DNA of 64,000 nt from positions 30,599-94,598 of the forward strand of contig CAZBJM010000001.1 in NCBI GenBank assembly GCA_964492225.1. Direction: 5' to 3'. The notes below the pieces were generated by a model. The model was not told where the DNA came from, made no database searches, and saw only the letters and a program-made list of their open reading frames with translations. The translations under genes and the position numbers were made by a program. The stretch comes from an uncultured Methanosarcinales archaeon (lineage in GTDB: Archaea; Halobacteriota; Methanosarcinia; Methanosarcinales; Methanosarcinaceae). Below, one piece after another: positions 1 to 9,134 of this stretch (its first letter is position 1; the number at the start of each line of letters is the position of its first letter).

Positions 1-1
1 C

Positions 2-496
2 TCAGCTGCTTCTCCCTTTGAATCAAAACCGATGATGCCTAATTTCAATGTAGCTGCTACCCCAGTTGCATCAAATCCGGTGATGCCTGATTTCAATATG
101 GGGAAAGACACCCCATCAGACGGGAACCCCCCGATATTAAAACTTCATGAGATGCCGGATATGGCGATGGCAGATAAGGCAGCTCCATTCATTGCACCTT
201 CCATGCCTGAGAATACTTCTGGTGCAGGGAATATGCAGATGCCTTTCATGGGCAATCAACGGAATGACAATGCCAGTGGGAAGCAAAAGCAAAATAACGC
301 AAAACCTGGAAAACTGGAAGGGAACATACTTATGTATATGCCAAGGGGAGCTAAGGTAAAAAAGGCCATAATCAAAAGCCTGGTATCAAAACAGTTCTCA
401 GATGCTGAGATCGACTCAAAGTTGAACGAGATGCTATCTTCGGGAGTGCTGTCCATGGATACTGATAATGGTGAACAGTATCTTGTACGCCGCTAA
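2..496 (+). CDS. hypothetical protein, probably 5'-truncated by the window edge (Met/Pro/Asn-rich low-complexity region plus a small C-terminal domain)
   Basis: The frame is open from base 2 with no stop before the first ATG at 32. No catalytic motif recognised. Confidence 0.45.
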   Translation, partial: SAASPFESKPMMPNFNVAATPVASNPVMPDFNMGKDTPSDGNPPILKLHEMPDMAMADKAAPFIAPSMPENTSGAGNMQMPFMGNQRNDNASGKQKQNNAKPGKLEGNILMYMPRGAKVKKAIIKSLVSKQFSDAEIDSKLNEMLSSGVLSMDTDNGEQYLVRR

Positions 497-690
497 TTAT
501 AGGTAGATGTTCTTTCTCAGTTCCTGGGAAGGGGTGTGCCGGGTCATGCATCTGAGGCATGCCTGGCGCGGTATGTCATAACAGGTTTTGCAGACAAGTG
601 CTCCGCATAATGTGCATGTATGCATCATCCCTGCCTTTGCACAGATAGTGCACAAGCCTGTTATGTTCATATTTCCCTCCAGTTTGGCAC

Positions 691-2352
691 TTATTCGATT
701 ATTGCGCCTTTACTTGCGGAACTGACAAGTCTACGATACTTTGCCAGGTATCCTGTAGTTGGTTTTATCTTCGGGGTGAAGGACTCCCTGCGTCTTTGCA
801 ACTCTTCCGGAGAGACCTTCAGGTCCAGTTTCCTTCCGGGAATATCTATCTCTATGATGTCCCCCTCTTTTACAAGGGCGATAGGCCCTCCTTCCTGGGC
901 TTCTGGGGAAATGTGCCCTATACATGGACCCCGGGTGCCACCTGAGAACCTTCCATCGGTCACCAGGGCAACGGATTCAATGAGGCCTATACCAGCTATG
1001 GCCGATGTAGGGGAAAGCATCTCCCTCATCCCTGGCCCTCCCTGGGGTCCTTCATAGCGTATTACCACAACATCGCCGGCTACTATGCCACCTTTCAATA
1101 TGGTCTGCATTGCATCCTCCTCGCTGTCGAACACACGGGCAGGACCGGCGTGCCTGAGCATTTTAGGACTTACGGCTACCTGCTTGACCACAGACCCCTC
1201 CGGTGCAAGGCTACCTTTGAGTACTGCTATGCCGCCCTCCTCATGGATGGGTCTTTCCAGAGTGCTTATCACTTCTGCATGCTTCTTTGGATTCTCGATA
1301 CGAAGCGCATCGATGTTCATAGCAACGGTCTTCCCGTTCACCGTCCTTTGTCCAAGGTGCAACTTGGGCTTAAGTCGCTGCATTATTGCCTGTATCCCCC
1401 CAGCCCTGTCAAAGTCGAGCATATAGTAGGTACCTCCGGGCTTTAGGGATATGATATGGGGTGTGGTCCTGCTCAGTCTATCGAAGCTGTCAAGGCTTAG
1501 GTCAATTCCAAAGGCATGTGCAATTGCAGGAAGGTGCAGGGTGGTATTTGTACTGCCTCCTATTGCCAGGTCTACCATAATAGCATTCTCAAAGGATTCC
1601 CGTGTTACTACTTTCCTGGAGCTCAGGCCTTCATGTACCATTGCGACGATGCGTTCCCCAGACTGCTTTGCAAGACGTATCTTCTTTGCATCCACTGCAT
1701 GGGCTGTGGCACAACCTGGTAGGCTTAGGCCAAGTGCTTCGGTCATACATGCCATTGTGTTGGCGGTATACATTCCTGCACATGAACCGGCACCTGAACA
1801 TGAGCAATCTTCCAGTTGCTTTAATTTATCTTCGGAGACCTTGGAAGCCATGCATCCACCGACTCCCTCAAATACCGATATAAGGTCATGATATCCGTCA
1901 TCTGTAAAACCAGGCATCATGGGACCCCCTGTCACTACTATGGAGGGAATGTCCAGTCTGCCTGCAGCCATCAGATGTCCAGGTACTATCTTATCACATG
2001 ATGCTATCAACACCATTCCGTCAAGCTGATGCCCCTGCAGGACCAGTTCTATGGAGTCAGCTATGATCTCTCGGCTTGGAAGGGAATATTTCATGCCTTC
2101 ATGTCCCATGGCTATCCCATCACATACTCCAATGGTATGGAACTCAAAGGCCACTCCTCCAGCAGCTACTATCCCTGTCCTTACGGCATCAGCTATCTTA
2201 TCAAGATGGATGTGCCCCGGTATCAGTTCATTGTATGAATTGACCACTGCTATGAAGGGCTTTCTCATTTCACTATCTGTCAATCCTGTAGCCTTCAAAA
2301 GCGAGCGGTTTGCGGCGCGCTCAAATCCATTCTTGGTTTTATCACTTCTCAT
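691..2352 (-). CDS. ilvD: dihydroxy-acid dehydratase
   Basis: IlvD/Edd signatures run through the ORF ([41 protein letters not shown]). The ORF is open to 2514, but the conserved N-terminus [19 protein letters not shown] starts at the ATG at 2352 (checked), giving 553 aa. Confidence 0.93.
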   Translation of the reverse strand: MRSDKTKNGFERAANRSLLKATGLTDSEMRKPFIAVVNSYNELIPGHIHLDKIADAVRTGIVAAGGVAFEFHTIGVCDGIAMGHEGMKYSLPSREIIADSIELVLQGHQLDGMVLIASCDKIVPGHLMAAGRLDIPSIVVTGGPMMPGFTDDGYHDLISVFEGVGGCMASKVSEDKLKQLEDCSCSGAGSCAGMYTANTMACMTEALGLSLPGCATAHAVDAKKIRLAKQSGERIVAMVHEGLSSRKVVTRESFENAIMVDLAIGGSTNTTLHLPAIAHAFGIDLSLDSFDRLSRTTPHIISLKPGGTYYMLDFDRAGGIQAIMQRLKPKLHLGQRTVNGKTVAMNIDALRIENPKKHAEVISTLERPIHEEGGIAVLKGSLAPEGSVVKQVAVSPKMLRHAGPARVFDSEEDAMQTILKGGIVAGDVVVIRYEGPQGGPGMREMLSPTSAIAGIGLIESVALVTDGRFSGGTRGPCIGHISPEAQEGGPIALVKEGDIIEIDIPGRKLDLKVSPEELQRRRESFTPKIKPTTGYLAKYRRLVSSASKGAIIE

Positions 2353-2796
2353 TTCGACCCTCTTTTGTTTGGTGTCTGTCGTTTTGAATTGACTTCTTAA
2401 TAGAAAAAGGTATGTTTCATACCAATCATACAATTCATACACCCGCTGATACGTAGCTTTATGAACTTGCATACGTGGCATCATTGTATGCTTTGTAAGT
2501 TGTGGTAATACCATATCACACCATGACCCTTATGAAATAGCATACTAGAATATGGGTGCTAGCATGCTGTCAGCTTTGAGGTCACTGCATCTGTTTATCA
2601 CAACTATGGACTTCAAATCCCCCAGTTCTGGTCCCTATTCAGGCATAGATACGATCAAATATAGCGATCTTAAGATGGTCAAAAAAATATGTACATAAGT
2701 TTATAGATCATCATGTTTCTTTACTTCTTTATCTTCATTCTGTTACAAACATTTCGACCTATGCATTACGACCTATGCATTCAAATATGTCTTTTT

Positions 2797-3810
2797 TCAT
2801 ATATGGACAACCTTACTCCCAATAACACGACCTATCCTTGATACCTCAGGCTGGTGCAACATCCTATATAGAAGGAAAGGAAGACCTGAGCCTGATATTT
2901 GTTTAAAGAACCCCTTTGCAATGCCTCCAACAAGCGGGCTTTTTTCATTTAGGTCACCAGCAATGAGATCGACCATCTTGTCAAAAACACCTACCCCAGT
3001 AGTAAAAGCCTCCTCACGGACATCCCTGTCCATATCGAAAGCAAGCTCCACCCAGGCATTCAGTTCCCATGTGATGTGCTTCCATATGGGAGCATCTATT
3101 ACCATATAGGAATTACCTTTGCTCACATTGGCAAAATACTCCTCAAAACTATCTCCTTTGGCAATAGTATACACCTTACCAATGCTACCTGTATGACTAT
3201 CCGATGTGACCGCCATCCCTTTTCCATATCGTTGCGCAAGTACCGCTGCAAATAGGTTCTTTTGCTTCAGGTCCTGCATATTGTATTCTATTACCGGGAA
3301 ATACCTTGCGAGCTCTGGGATAGCAAAAATGTTTGGTTTATCTCCCACCTCAAACCAAAATGGATGATTATAGGTATAAGCCAGTCCATGGCTCTTGAAA
3401 TAATCAATGGCACCATATATATCATGGTCCTCACGGGCTATTTTGTCAAATTCAGCATATTGCTGCTTGTCAAAACCAAATACATTGATGTGCACTGTGT
3501 GTCCCACATTTTGGGTATCCTTCAATGATAGCTCAACACCAGACACAAGGTCCTCTTTGTTCCAACCAAGGATATCGTAGGCCTTTACAGTATCGTGGTC
3601 TGTGAAGGTGATATGGTCAAATCCCGCAGCCTTTGCCTTCTTGAATAGGTTCTCAGGTCTCATGGAAGCAGCCGGGGGAACATCATGCGAACAGCAGGTG
3701 TGCACGTGCATATCTGCTTTGCGCCAGCCTCTTTCAAGAAGAATGGCAGCCTTTTCAGAAGAGATTATCTTCGGTGTACTATTATGTGTTCTAAGTTTCA
3801 GGACCTTCAC
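2797..3810 (-). CDS. PHP-domain metal-dependent phosphoesterase
   Basis: N-terminal HVHTCCSHD PHP-type His motif. 337 aa. Confidence 0.7.
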   Translation of the reverse strand: MKVLKLRTHNSTPKIISSEKAAILLERGWRKADMHVHTCCSHDVPPAASMRPENLFKKAKAAGFDHITFTDHDTVKAYDILGWNKEDLVSGVELSLKDTQNVGHTVHINVFGFDKQQYAEFDKIAREDHDIYGAIDYFKSHGLAYTYNHPFWFEVGDKPNIFAIPELARYFPVIEYNMQDLKQKNLFAAVLAQRYGKGMAVTSDSHTGSIGKVYTIAKGDSFEEYFANVSKGNSYMVIDAPIWKHITWELNAWVELAFDMDRDVREEAFTTGVGVFDKMVDLIAGDLNEKSPLVGGIAKGFFKQISGSGLPFLLYRMLHQPEVSRIGRVIGSKVVHI

Positions 3811-3989
3811 TCCTTTTTGTTGGTCTTGCTTAGCTTAAACTACAAATAACAGTATAGTTCATGAAAAGTAAATACTTTATCTATGCAATCTATATTTAAT
3901 GTCATAATCTATATATGAACTACTTTCAAACCCAAGGATGCGATTTCCTGCAAATTACTCCAGAATTTGTTCGTTTAACCTTGATCCAT

Positions 3990-4110
3990 AAAAATAATGT
4001 GCATCTGTCAAATTTACAAGCCCTGCCGTAAAAACCTGATCAGTCTACTGGCGCCCATCACATTTACGCGCGCGATGTCTGCCGCCTGGTGTGGCGATAC
4101 ATTGACCGGG
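3990..4110 (+). repeat. degenerate fragment resembling the right end of the MITE-like element plus a second GC-box
   Basis: 4028-4049 gtaaaaacctgatcagtctact resembles the consensus right end gtaaaattctgatcagacaaact. It is followed by acgcgcgcgatg (4066-4077) and ttgaccggg (4102-4110), as in the modules after copies B and C. Similarity is weak. Confidence 0.3.
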
Positions 4111-4368
4111 ACCCATGACAGAAAATGGAAAAAGGGCAAAAAGAGCTATCGATCAATGATACTGATCTTTGAGACTTGCATGTTACTTATTTTGTCGTAT
4201 GCCCATGTACCAAGCGCTTTTGCCCGTGCCCCGAGGAGTGGTCCTCCTTTGAGTACACATATACCTTGTTAACCAGTCGTGTCGCTTCACGTGTGCATGA
4301 AGAGTTATAAAAACAAAAACAAAAGAGATGCACGCTTGAAAGCTGCATTACGAAAGAACAAGACAGAT

Positions 4369-5010
4369 TCAGTGTTCAAGCGCCTTTAGATATGCAATGA
4401 GCTCTGTGTGGTCATTCAGTATCATATCAGCTTGTTTCAGAAGTGATGCATCCACATAGGTAGGCAGTCCTATACAAAAGATCCCAGCACCCTTTGCTGA
4501 CTCCACGCCAAGCGGTGCGTTCTCTATCACTATGCATTCCTCCTTTGGAAGACCTAGTAGCTCCACGGCCTTTATGTATGGTTCAGGAGATGGTTTCCCC
4601 ATGACCACATCATTACCACTGATCATGACATCGAACACATCAGGATAGAAACGCTGTACCATTGCTTCCACGGTGCTCCGGTTCGAGCCTGAGACCAGTG
4701 CAGTAGAAAAATGCTTATGCAATTCAGAGACACAGGCTTCCATCCCTGGGAATGCCTGCACGAGGTCAGCATTGAAAAGAGCATGCTTTTTTGCAGATAC
4801 GGATGGATATATCTCTTCAAGATCATGACCAGGTTTTTTCTGAAGCACCCTTTCTATGACACCGCGGTCATTTGACCCTTCCAATTCCAGGATATCCGAC
4901 AGGACGATATCTATTCCCACTTCTCCAAAGGCATTTCTCCATGCCCAGGCGTGAAGATGCATTGAATCTACCAATACACCGTCCATATCAAAAATAATTC
5001 CTTTCTTCAT
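4369..5010 (-). CDS. HAD-superfamily hydrolase (beta-phosphoglucomutase-like subfamily IA)
   Basis: HAD motif I FDMDGVLVDS, motif II LVSGS, C-terminal ENAPLGVESAKGAG. Confidence 0.8.
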   Translation of the reverse strand: MKKGIIFDMDGVLVDSMHLHAWAWRNAFGEVGIDIVLSDILELEGSNDRGVIERVLQKKPGHDLEEIYPSVSAKKHALFNADLVQAFPGMEACVSELHKHFSTALVSGSNRSTVEAMVQRFYPDVFDVMISGNDVVMGKPSPEPYIKAVELLGLPKEECIVIENAPLGVESAKGAGIFCIGLPTYVDASLLKQADMILNDHTELIAYLKALEH

Positions 5011-5267
5011 GTGCCTAAAATGTATTTATTTCTATATCTATTAATCGGACCATATATCCAACCATTAGTTGACCAGCTGAAATGAAAATATATTATATCC
5101 ATCCATCCCCGCAAAAGGCCATGAATAGCAGAACTGGAACATATACTTTAGATGAAAAAGAAGTATAAAAGTATTATATAAGTACTTTATAAAATACCAA
5201 TATTGAATTGTAGAAATAAACAGATAATTAGATAAATATATATAGATTATTAGCTATATACCTACAT

Positions 5268-6422
5268 ATGCAAGTAGCAAAAAGGATCGTGTTCAAAATA
5301 ACTGACCCCGATGCTGACCTGGATGCTACTATGCAAGCCTATTCCAAAGGGATGAATTTCACCTCCCGGGTTGTTTTCAGGAACAAGGCACCAATGTCTG
5401 CCGAGCAGTTACACCAAGAGGTCTACGGATATCTGAAAGGACTTGGCCTAAGGGCTCAACAGTGTAGGGGCATCATTGATCGGGTTGCAGGCAAATATCA
5501 AGCACTGAAGGGAAGGAAGTCCGATAAAAAAGGTTGGCTTTACCTAAAATTCAAACCTGGCACCATGATGATGGCCTATAAAAAGGAGTTTCGCATCGAT
5601 AAAGATACCATAAAGATAACTTCACTGACTAGCGGACGTAAACGATACAATATTGGGATATACAGTTATGCAAGGAGGTATTTTGATGGGACCTGGCAAT
5701 ATATAGCCTCGCAGATCCGCAGGCATAAGGATAATAGCTACTATTTCCAGCTTGAGCTAACAAAAGATGTTCCAAATACAAAGATAACGCATACATCCTC
5801 ATGCATGGGGATAGATGTGGGATTCAATAACTATGCTGTAGCGTCGACCAGTGACAATAAGTGCAGGTTCTTTGCAGCGGGTATAGTAAAGGACATGCGT
5901 AATAAGTACTGGTCATTGAGGAAGCGGTTGGAGCTGAAAGGAACTTCGTCTGCAAAAAGGATGATAGAGCACCTGGCAGGCAAAGAGAAACGTCTGATGC
6001 AGCATATCAACCACAAGATATCCAAAGAGATAATCAGCTTTGCATTGGGGAACAATGTCCGGGTTATAGCTCTGGAAGACCTTTATGGGATAGCAAGCAT
6101 CCCATTCGACCATCAAATGGAATTCAATTCAGAAGACTGGTTCCATCGCAAGCTTCAGATATATATCCAATATAAAGCTGCAGAGGTTGGGATACATACA
6201 ATATATGTCGACCCCTGCAATACATCACAGACATGCTCCTCGTGTGGATATATATCGAGAGATAACCGGGACAGACTTAAGTTCAAATGTATATCATGCG
6301 GCTACGAGAACAATGCCGATCTTAATGCTGCAATGAACATTTGGGCCAAGGTCAGGGATAGGAGGCAAGACCTGTTATCCCTGGGGCGCGGTCAACCGCC
6401 CAGACGAGTATGTAATGTCTAA
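5268..6422 (+). CDS. tnpB: TnpB / OrfB RNA-guided endonuclease (IS200/IS605 family transposase accessory protein)
   Basis: RuvC-I GIDVGFNN, RuvC-II RVIALEDL, zinc ribbon CSSCGY...CISCGY, RuvC-III NADLNAAMNI. All catalytic residues present. 384 aa. Confidence 0.9.
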   Translation: MQVAKRIVFKITDPDADLDATMQAYSKGMNFTSRVVFRNKAPMSAEQLHQEVYGYLKGLGLRAQQCRGIIDRVAGKYQALKGRKSDKKGWLYLKFKPGTMMMAYKKEFRIDKDTIKITSLTSGRKRYNIGIYSYARRYFDGTWQYIASQIRRHKDNSYYFQLELTKDVPNTKITHTSSCMGIDVGFNNYAVASTSDNKCRFFAAGIVKDMRNKYWSLRKRLELKGTSSAKRMIEHLAGKEKRLMQHINHKISKEIISFALGNNVRVIALEDLYGIASIPFDHQMEFNSEDWFHRKLQIYIQYKAAEVGIHTIYVDPCNTSQTCSSCGYISRDNRDRLKFKCISCGYENNADLNAAMNIWAKVRDRRQDLLSLGRGQPPRRVCNV

Positions 6423-6528
6423 TCCACTTATATGCTCAAGACCCATGCCAACCCCTTATTGTGGGTTTTCCCTCACCCACGTGGTAGGGTTGTTGACTAT
6501 CCCTCCCTACTGCTCTTTGTTGCAGGCC
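6423..6528 (+). ncRNA. candidate right-end / omega-RNA scaffold region of the tnpB element
   Basis: By analogy with characterised TnpB systems, the guide RNA scaffold spans the tnpB 3' end and the right end. Hairpins: aaccc/gggtt (6449-6468) and ccctcacc..ggtaggg (6470-6489). No transcript evidence and the ends are not defined. Confidence 0.3.
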
Positions 6529-6533
6529 CTATC

Positions 6534-6686
6534 GAGATCGTCTAATTAGCTCATATTTCCTCCATTTCTGATCAGTTTACAATAAACGCGTGCGAAACAT
6601 ATAACGAAAACCGCGGCACCTTCTTACATTCCAACCCCCGGCACGCTGCCACTCGCGCGCGTTTTTCCCGAGGGGCGGACATTATC
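6534..6686 (+). repeat. MITE-like repeat, copy A (short form lacking the right half)
   Basis: The first ~42 nt are identical to copy E (gagatcgtctaattagctcatatttcctccatttctgatcag). It has the GC-box ctcgcgcgcgttttt. Homology ends near 6686. The pentamer CTATC occurs at 6529-6533 and again at 6687-6691. Confidence 0.8.
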
Positions 6687-6820
6687 CTATCCAAATAACT
6701 TTTCCCTCAAACTGTGCCTCTATACAATGGGTCACCTCATCTTCTGTGACAGACATTTCCAAAGAGATGGTCGGATCAAATGAAATAATTTATATGCAAG
6801 TACAGTTTTAAAGGCACTCC

Positions 6821-7387
6821 ATGAAGAGAAATTACCAATTGATACAAATGTGCCTTATAATGTCGATAATAATGTCATTTGTACTTGTGAGCGGATGCCT
6901 TTCCCAAAGTGAAAAAGGCGATGTAGTGGTGAAGAAAGGTGACATGGTATCAGTCAACTATATAGGCAAGTTGCAGGATGGAAGTGTTTTTGATACATCT
7001 ATCAAAGAAGTGGCACAAGATGCTGGGATCTATAACCCGGGCAGAAAATATGAGCCCTTGAGCTTTGTCACAGGACAAGGTATGATGATAGCAGGGTTCG
7101 ATGAAGCGGTCATTGGGATGCGCGTAGGGGAAAACAAAACGGTCACGATCCCCCCTGAAATGGCCTATGGTTACCATTCAGAAGAGAAAGTGATGGTGCG
7201 GCCAGCTGAAGATTTTGTTAAGGCTAACATCACCCCAAAGATCGGTGAAATGGTTTCCGATAATTATGGAAGGCCCTGGAAAATAACCAAGATCAATGCA
7301 GAGAATGTCACCCTCGACTGCAACCACGACCTTGTAGAAAAGACCTTGGTCTTCACGATAGAGATAGTATCGATCAGCAATAAATGA
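6821..7387 (+). CDS. FKBP-type peptidyl-prolyl cis-trans isomerase, probable lipoprotein
   Basis: FKBP domain (VNYIGKLQDGSVFDTS, MIAGFDEAVIGMRVGE). N-terminal hydrophobic signal ending in LVSGC. Confidence 0.85.
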   Translation: MKRNYQLIQMCLIMSIIMSFVLVSGCLSQSEKGDVVVKKGDMVSVNYIGKLQDGSVFDTSIKEVAQDAGIYNPGRKYEPLSFVTGQGMMIAGFDEAVIGMRVGENKTVTIPPEMAYGYHSEEKVMVRPAEDFVKANITPKIGEMVSDNYGRPWKITKINAENVTLDCNHDLVEKTLVFTIEIVSISNK

Positions 7388-7426
7388 TCTAGACAGGAAG
7401 AAGAACAAGGAGTAAGAGGGTATTCT

Positions 7427-7816
7427 ATGGAAAAGGAAGAAAAGATAGTGCTGGTCTTGCTTGCAATGCTCCTCTGCTCCATATCGATCGCATATGTGAC
7501 ATTCTTCACAGGCGATGGAGGAGATATAGCTGAATTCTCCATGCAGTCCAACGTGGGGGAAAAGGTAGTACTTGAGGGTAGCGTTCTGAGCAAGAGGATG
7601 ACCAATACCGGGGGACATCTACTAATGACCGTGGACTCCAGTGCAGGTCCGGTAAAGGTTTTTGTGCCATCGAAAAATGGTGCACAGGATATGGCCGATA
7701 TACTAGAGAAGAAGGACGTCATCCGTGTTGTTGGGACCGTTGATATGTACCAGAGGGAAAAAGAAGTTGTGGTCCATAACAAAGACGATGTAAGCATCGT
7801 AAAAGGCGCATGCTGA
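7427..7816 (+). CDS. membrane-anchored hypothetical protein (possible OB-fold domain)
   Basis: One N-terminal TM helix followed by a ~90-aa beta-rich domain. The OB-fold assignment is only a resemblance. Confidence 0.45.
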   Translation: MEKEEKIVLVLLAMLLCSISIAYVTFFTGDGGDIAEFSMQSNVGEKVVLEGSVLSKRMTNTGGHLLMTVDSSAGPVKVFVPSKNGAQDMADILEKKDVIRVVGTVDMYQREKEVVVHNKDDVSIVKGAC

Positions 7817-7890
7817 TCAGGGATCGCATGGTCCAATGAAAATAAAAGCTTATCGCTAGAGCTTTAAACAAATACACCCTCATGTAATGT

Positions 7891-9051
7891 ATGAAGGCCT
7901 GTATTATGTGCGGAGGAGAGGGGACAAGGCTACGTCCTCTTACATTCGAGCGACCGAAACCAAACATCCCAATACTTAATAAACCTTCTGTTGTGCATCT
8001 GATAGAGCACCTGGCAAAGGAAGGTTTCAATTCAATTGTTATTACCTTGGGGTATATGGCAGAGAAAATTGAGGAAGAGCTTGGAGATGGGCGCATATTT
8101 GGAGTACATATCGATTATGTATACGAGAAGGAGAAACTGGGTACAGCAGGCGGCGTAAAGAACGCTGAAAAATATTTGGGGGACGAGCCATTCCTAGTAC
8201 TTGGTGGCGACCATGTACTAAACCTCGACCTTCGGGAAATGCATCGTTTCCACGAGAAGGGCGGCACCCTGGTAACAATAGGTCTTCTTTCCATAGATGA
8301 CCCCAGGGAATTTGGTATAGCAGATATGGATGTCAATAACCAGATCCGTCGCTTCCTTGAAAAACCCGGACCTGGAGAGATATTCAGCAACCTTGCAAGT
8401 ACAGGTATATACATGTGTGACCCGGAAATATTCAAATGGATACCGGCAAACACTAAATATGATTTTGCCAAGGACCTTTTCCCTGCAATGCTTGCAAAGA
8501 ACAGCAGGATAAACGGAATACTGGCCCGTGGAAAGTGGACAGATGTCGGAAATGCGACAGCCTACAGATATGCGCAAAGATGGATGCTGGAAGATCTATC
8601 CGTGACAAGCATCGTAGGTCATTTCAGTAGCAAGAATGCCCGCCTTACAGGACCTCTCCAGATAGGACACAATGTATCCGTTGGTTGCAATTCATCCATC
8701 GTGGGCCCTGTAGTGATAGGAGAGAACACAAAGATCGGGAACGATGTGCTTATCGGACCATACACGACCATAGGATCGAACTGCGTCATCAATGATGAAT
8801 CCAGGATACTATCCTCTTACATATTCAATGATATAACGATTGGAAAGAACTGCAATGTATCAGGTTCCATTATTGATAACAGAGCAAAGGTCTCCGATAA
8901 TAGTTGCCTTGAAAATGGCACGGTCATCGGCCCAGGTGTCACCATAGGAGAGAACAGTACTGTCCACTCGAACATAAAGATATGGCCTGACCTTGTCATA
9001 CCACCCGGCACAAGTGTTAAACATGATACAATAAATGAATCGTACATTTAA
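7891..9051 (+). CDS. sugar-1-phosphate nucleotidyltransferase with C-terminal left-handed beta-helix domain
   Basis: N-terminal CGGEGTRLRPLT nucleotidyltransferase motif. The C-terminal third consists of hexapeptide repeats (VSVGCNSSIVGPVVIGENTKIGNDVLIG...). Confidence 0.85.
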   Translation: MKACIMCGGEGTRLRPLTFERPKPNIPILNKPSVVHLIEHLAKEGFNSIVITLGYMAEKIEEELGDGRIFGVHIDYVYEKEKLGTAGGVKNAEKYLGDEPFLVLGGDHVLNLDLREMHRFHEKGGTLVTIGLLSIDDPREFGIADMDVNNQIRRFLEKPGPGEIFSNLASTGIYMCDPEIFKWIPANTKYDFAKDLFPAMLAKNSRINGILARGKWTDVGNATAYRYAQRWMLEDLSVTSIVGHFSSKNARLTGPLQIGHNVSVGCNSSIVGPVVIGENTKIGNDVLIGPYTTIGSNCVINDESRILSSYIFNDITIGKNCNVSGSIIDNRAKVSDNSCLENGTVIGPGVTIGENSTVHSNIKIWPDLVIPPGTSVKHDTINESYI

Positions 9052-9089
9052 GGACACGTCTAGACCTGTCCCAATGGCTTTGGACGCAA

Positions 9090-9122
9090 GCATCAGTATT
9101 AAATACTGATGCCATCTTTTTT
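9090..9122 (+). terminator. hairpin plus T-run after the nucleotidyltransferase gene
   Basis: gcatcagtat (9090-9099) pairs perfectly with atactgatgc (9103-9112), followed by tttttt (9115-9122). Confidence 0.5.
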
Positions 9123-9134
9123 AGCGGGGTGTGC

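Larger units (their letters stand above)
5200..6528 (+). mobile_element. IS200/IS605-family element of the tnpB-only (IS1341-like) type; boundaries approximate
   Basis: Contains only tnpB, with no tnpA in the window. AT-rich 5' flank. The 3' flank has two hairpins (6449-6468, 6470-6489). The left end could not be located. The right end must lie at or before 6528-6533, where the flanking pentamer and repeat copy A begin. Confidence 0.5.

Noticed and set aside
2353-2514. 54-codon N-terminal extension of ilvD; similar extensions of mcrA (27684), mcrG (26983), the MinD-like gene (12743) and the G3E NTPase (50445)
   Set aside because: The conserved family N-termini begin at internal ATGs, several with SD sequences or stop/start coupling. 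The upstream stretches start with GTG or TTG in the track and overlap neighbouring genes.
6534-6553. Idea that the tnpB guide RNA is the conserved left terminus of the MITE and would therefore target all copies
   Set aside because: Copy A is preceded by the pentamer CTATC, which also follows it, so the IS right end probably lies before 6529. No common target-adjacent motif precedes the other copies (acaat, atctt, tggta). The idea is kept only as a caveat in the tnpB finding.
6541-6575. Reverse-strand mini-ORF in the MITE left end (GGAGG-aaat-ATG AGC TAA)
   Set aside because: It is only two codons long, and the SD/ATG arrangement is absent from the F/G subfamily, so it is probably fortuitous.
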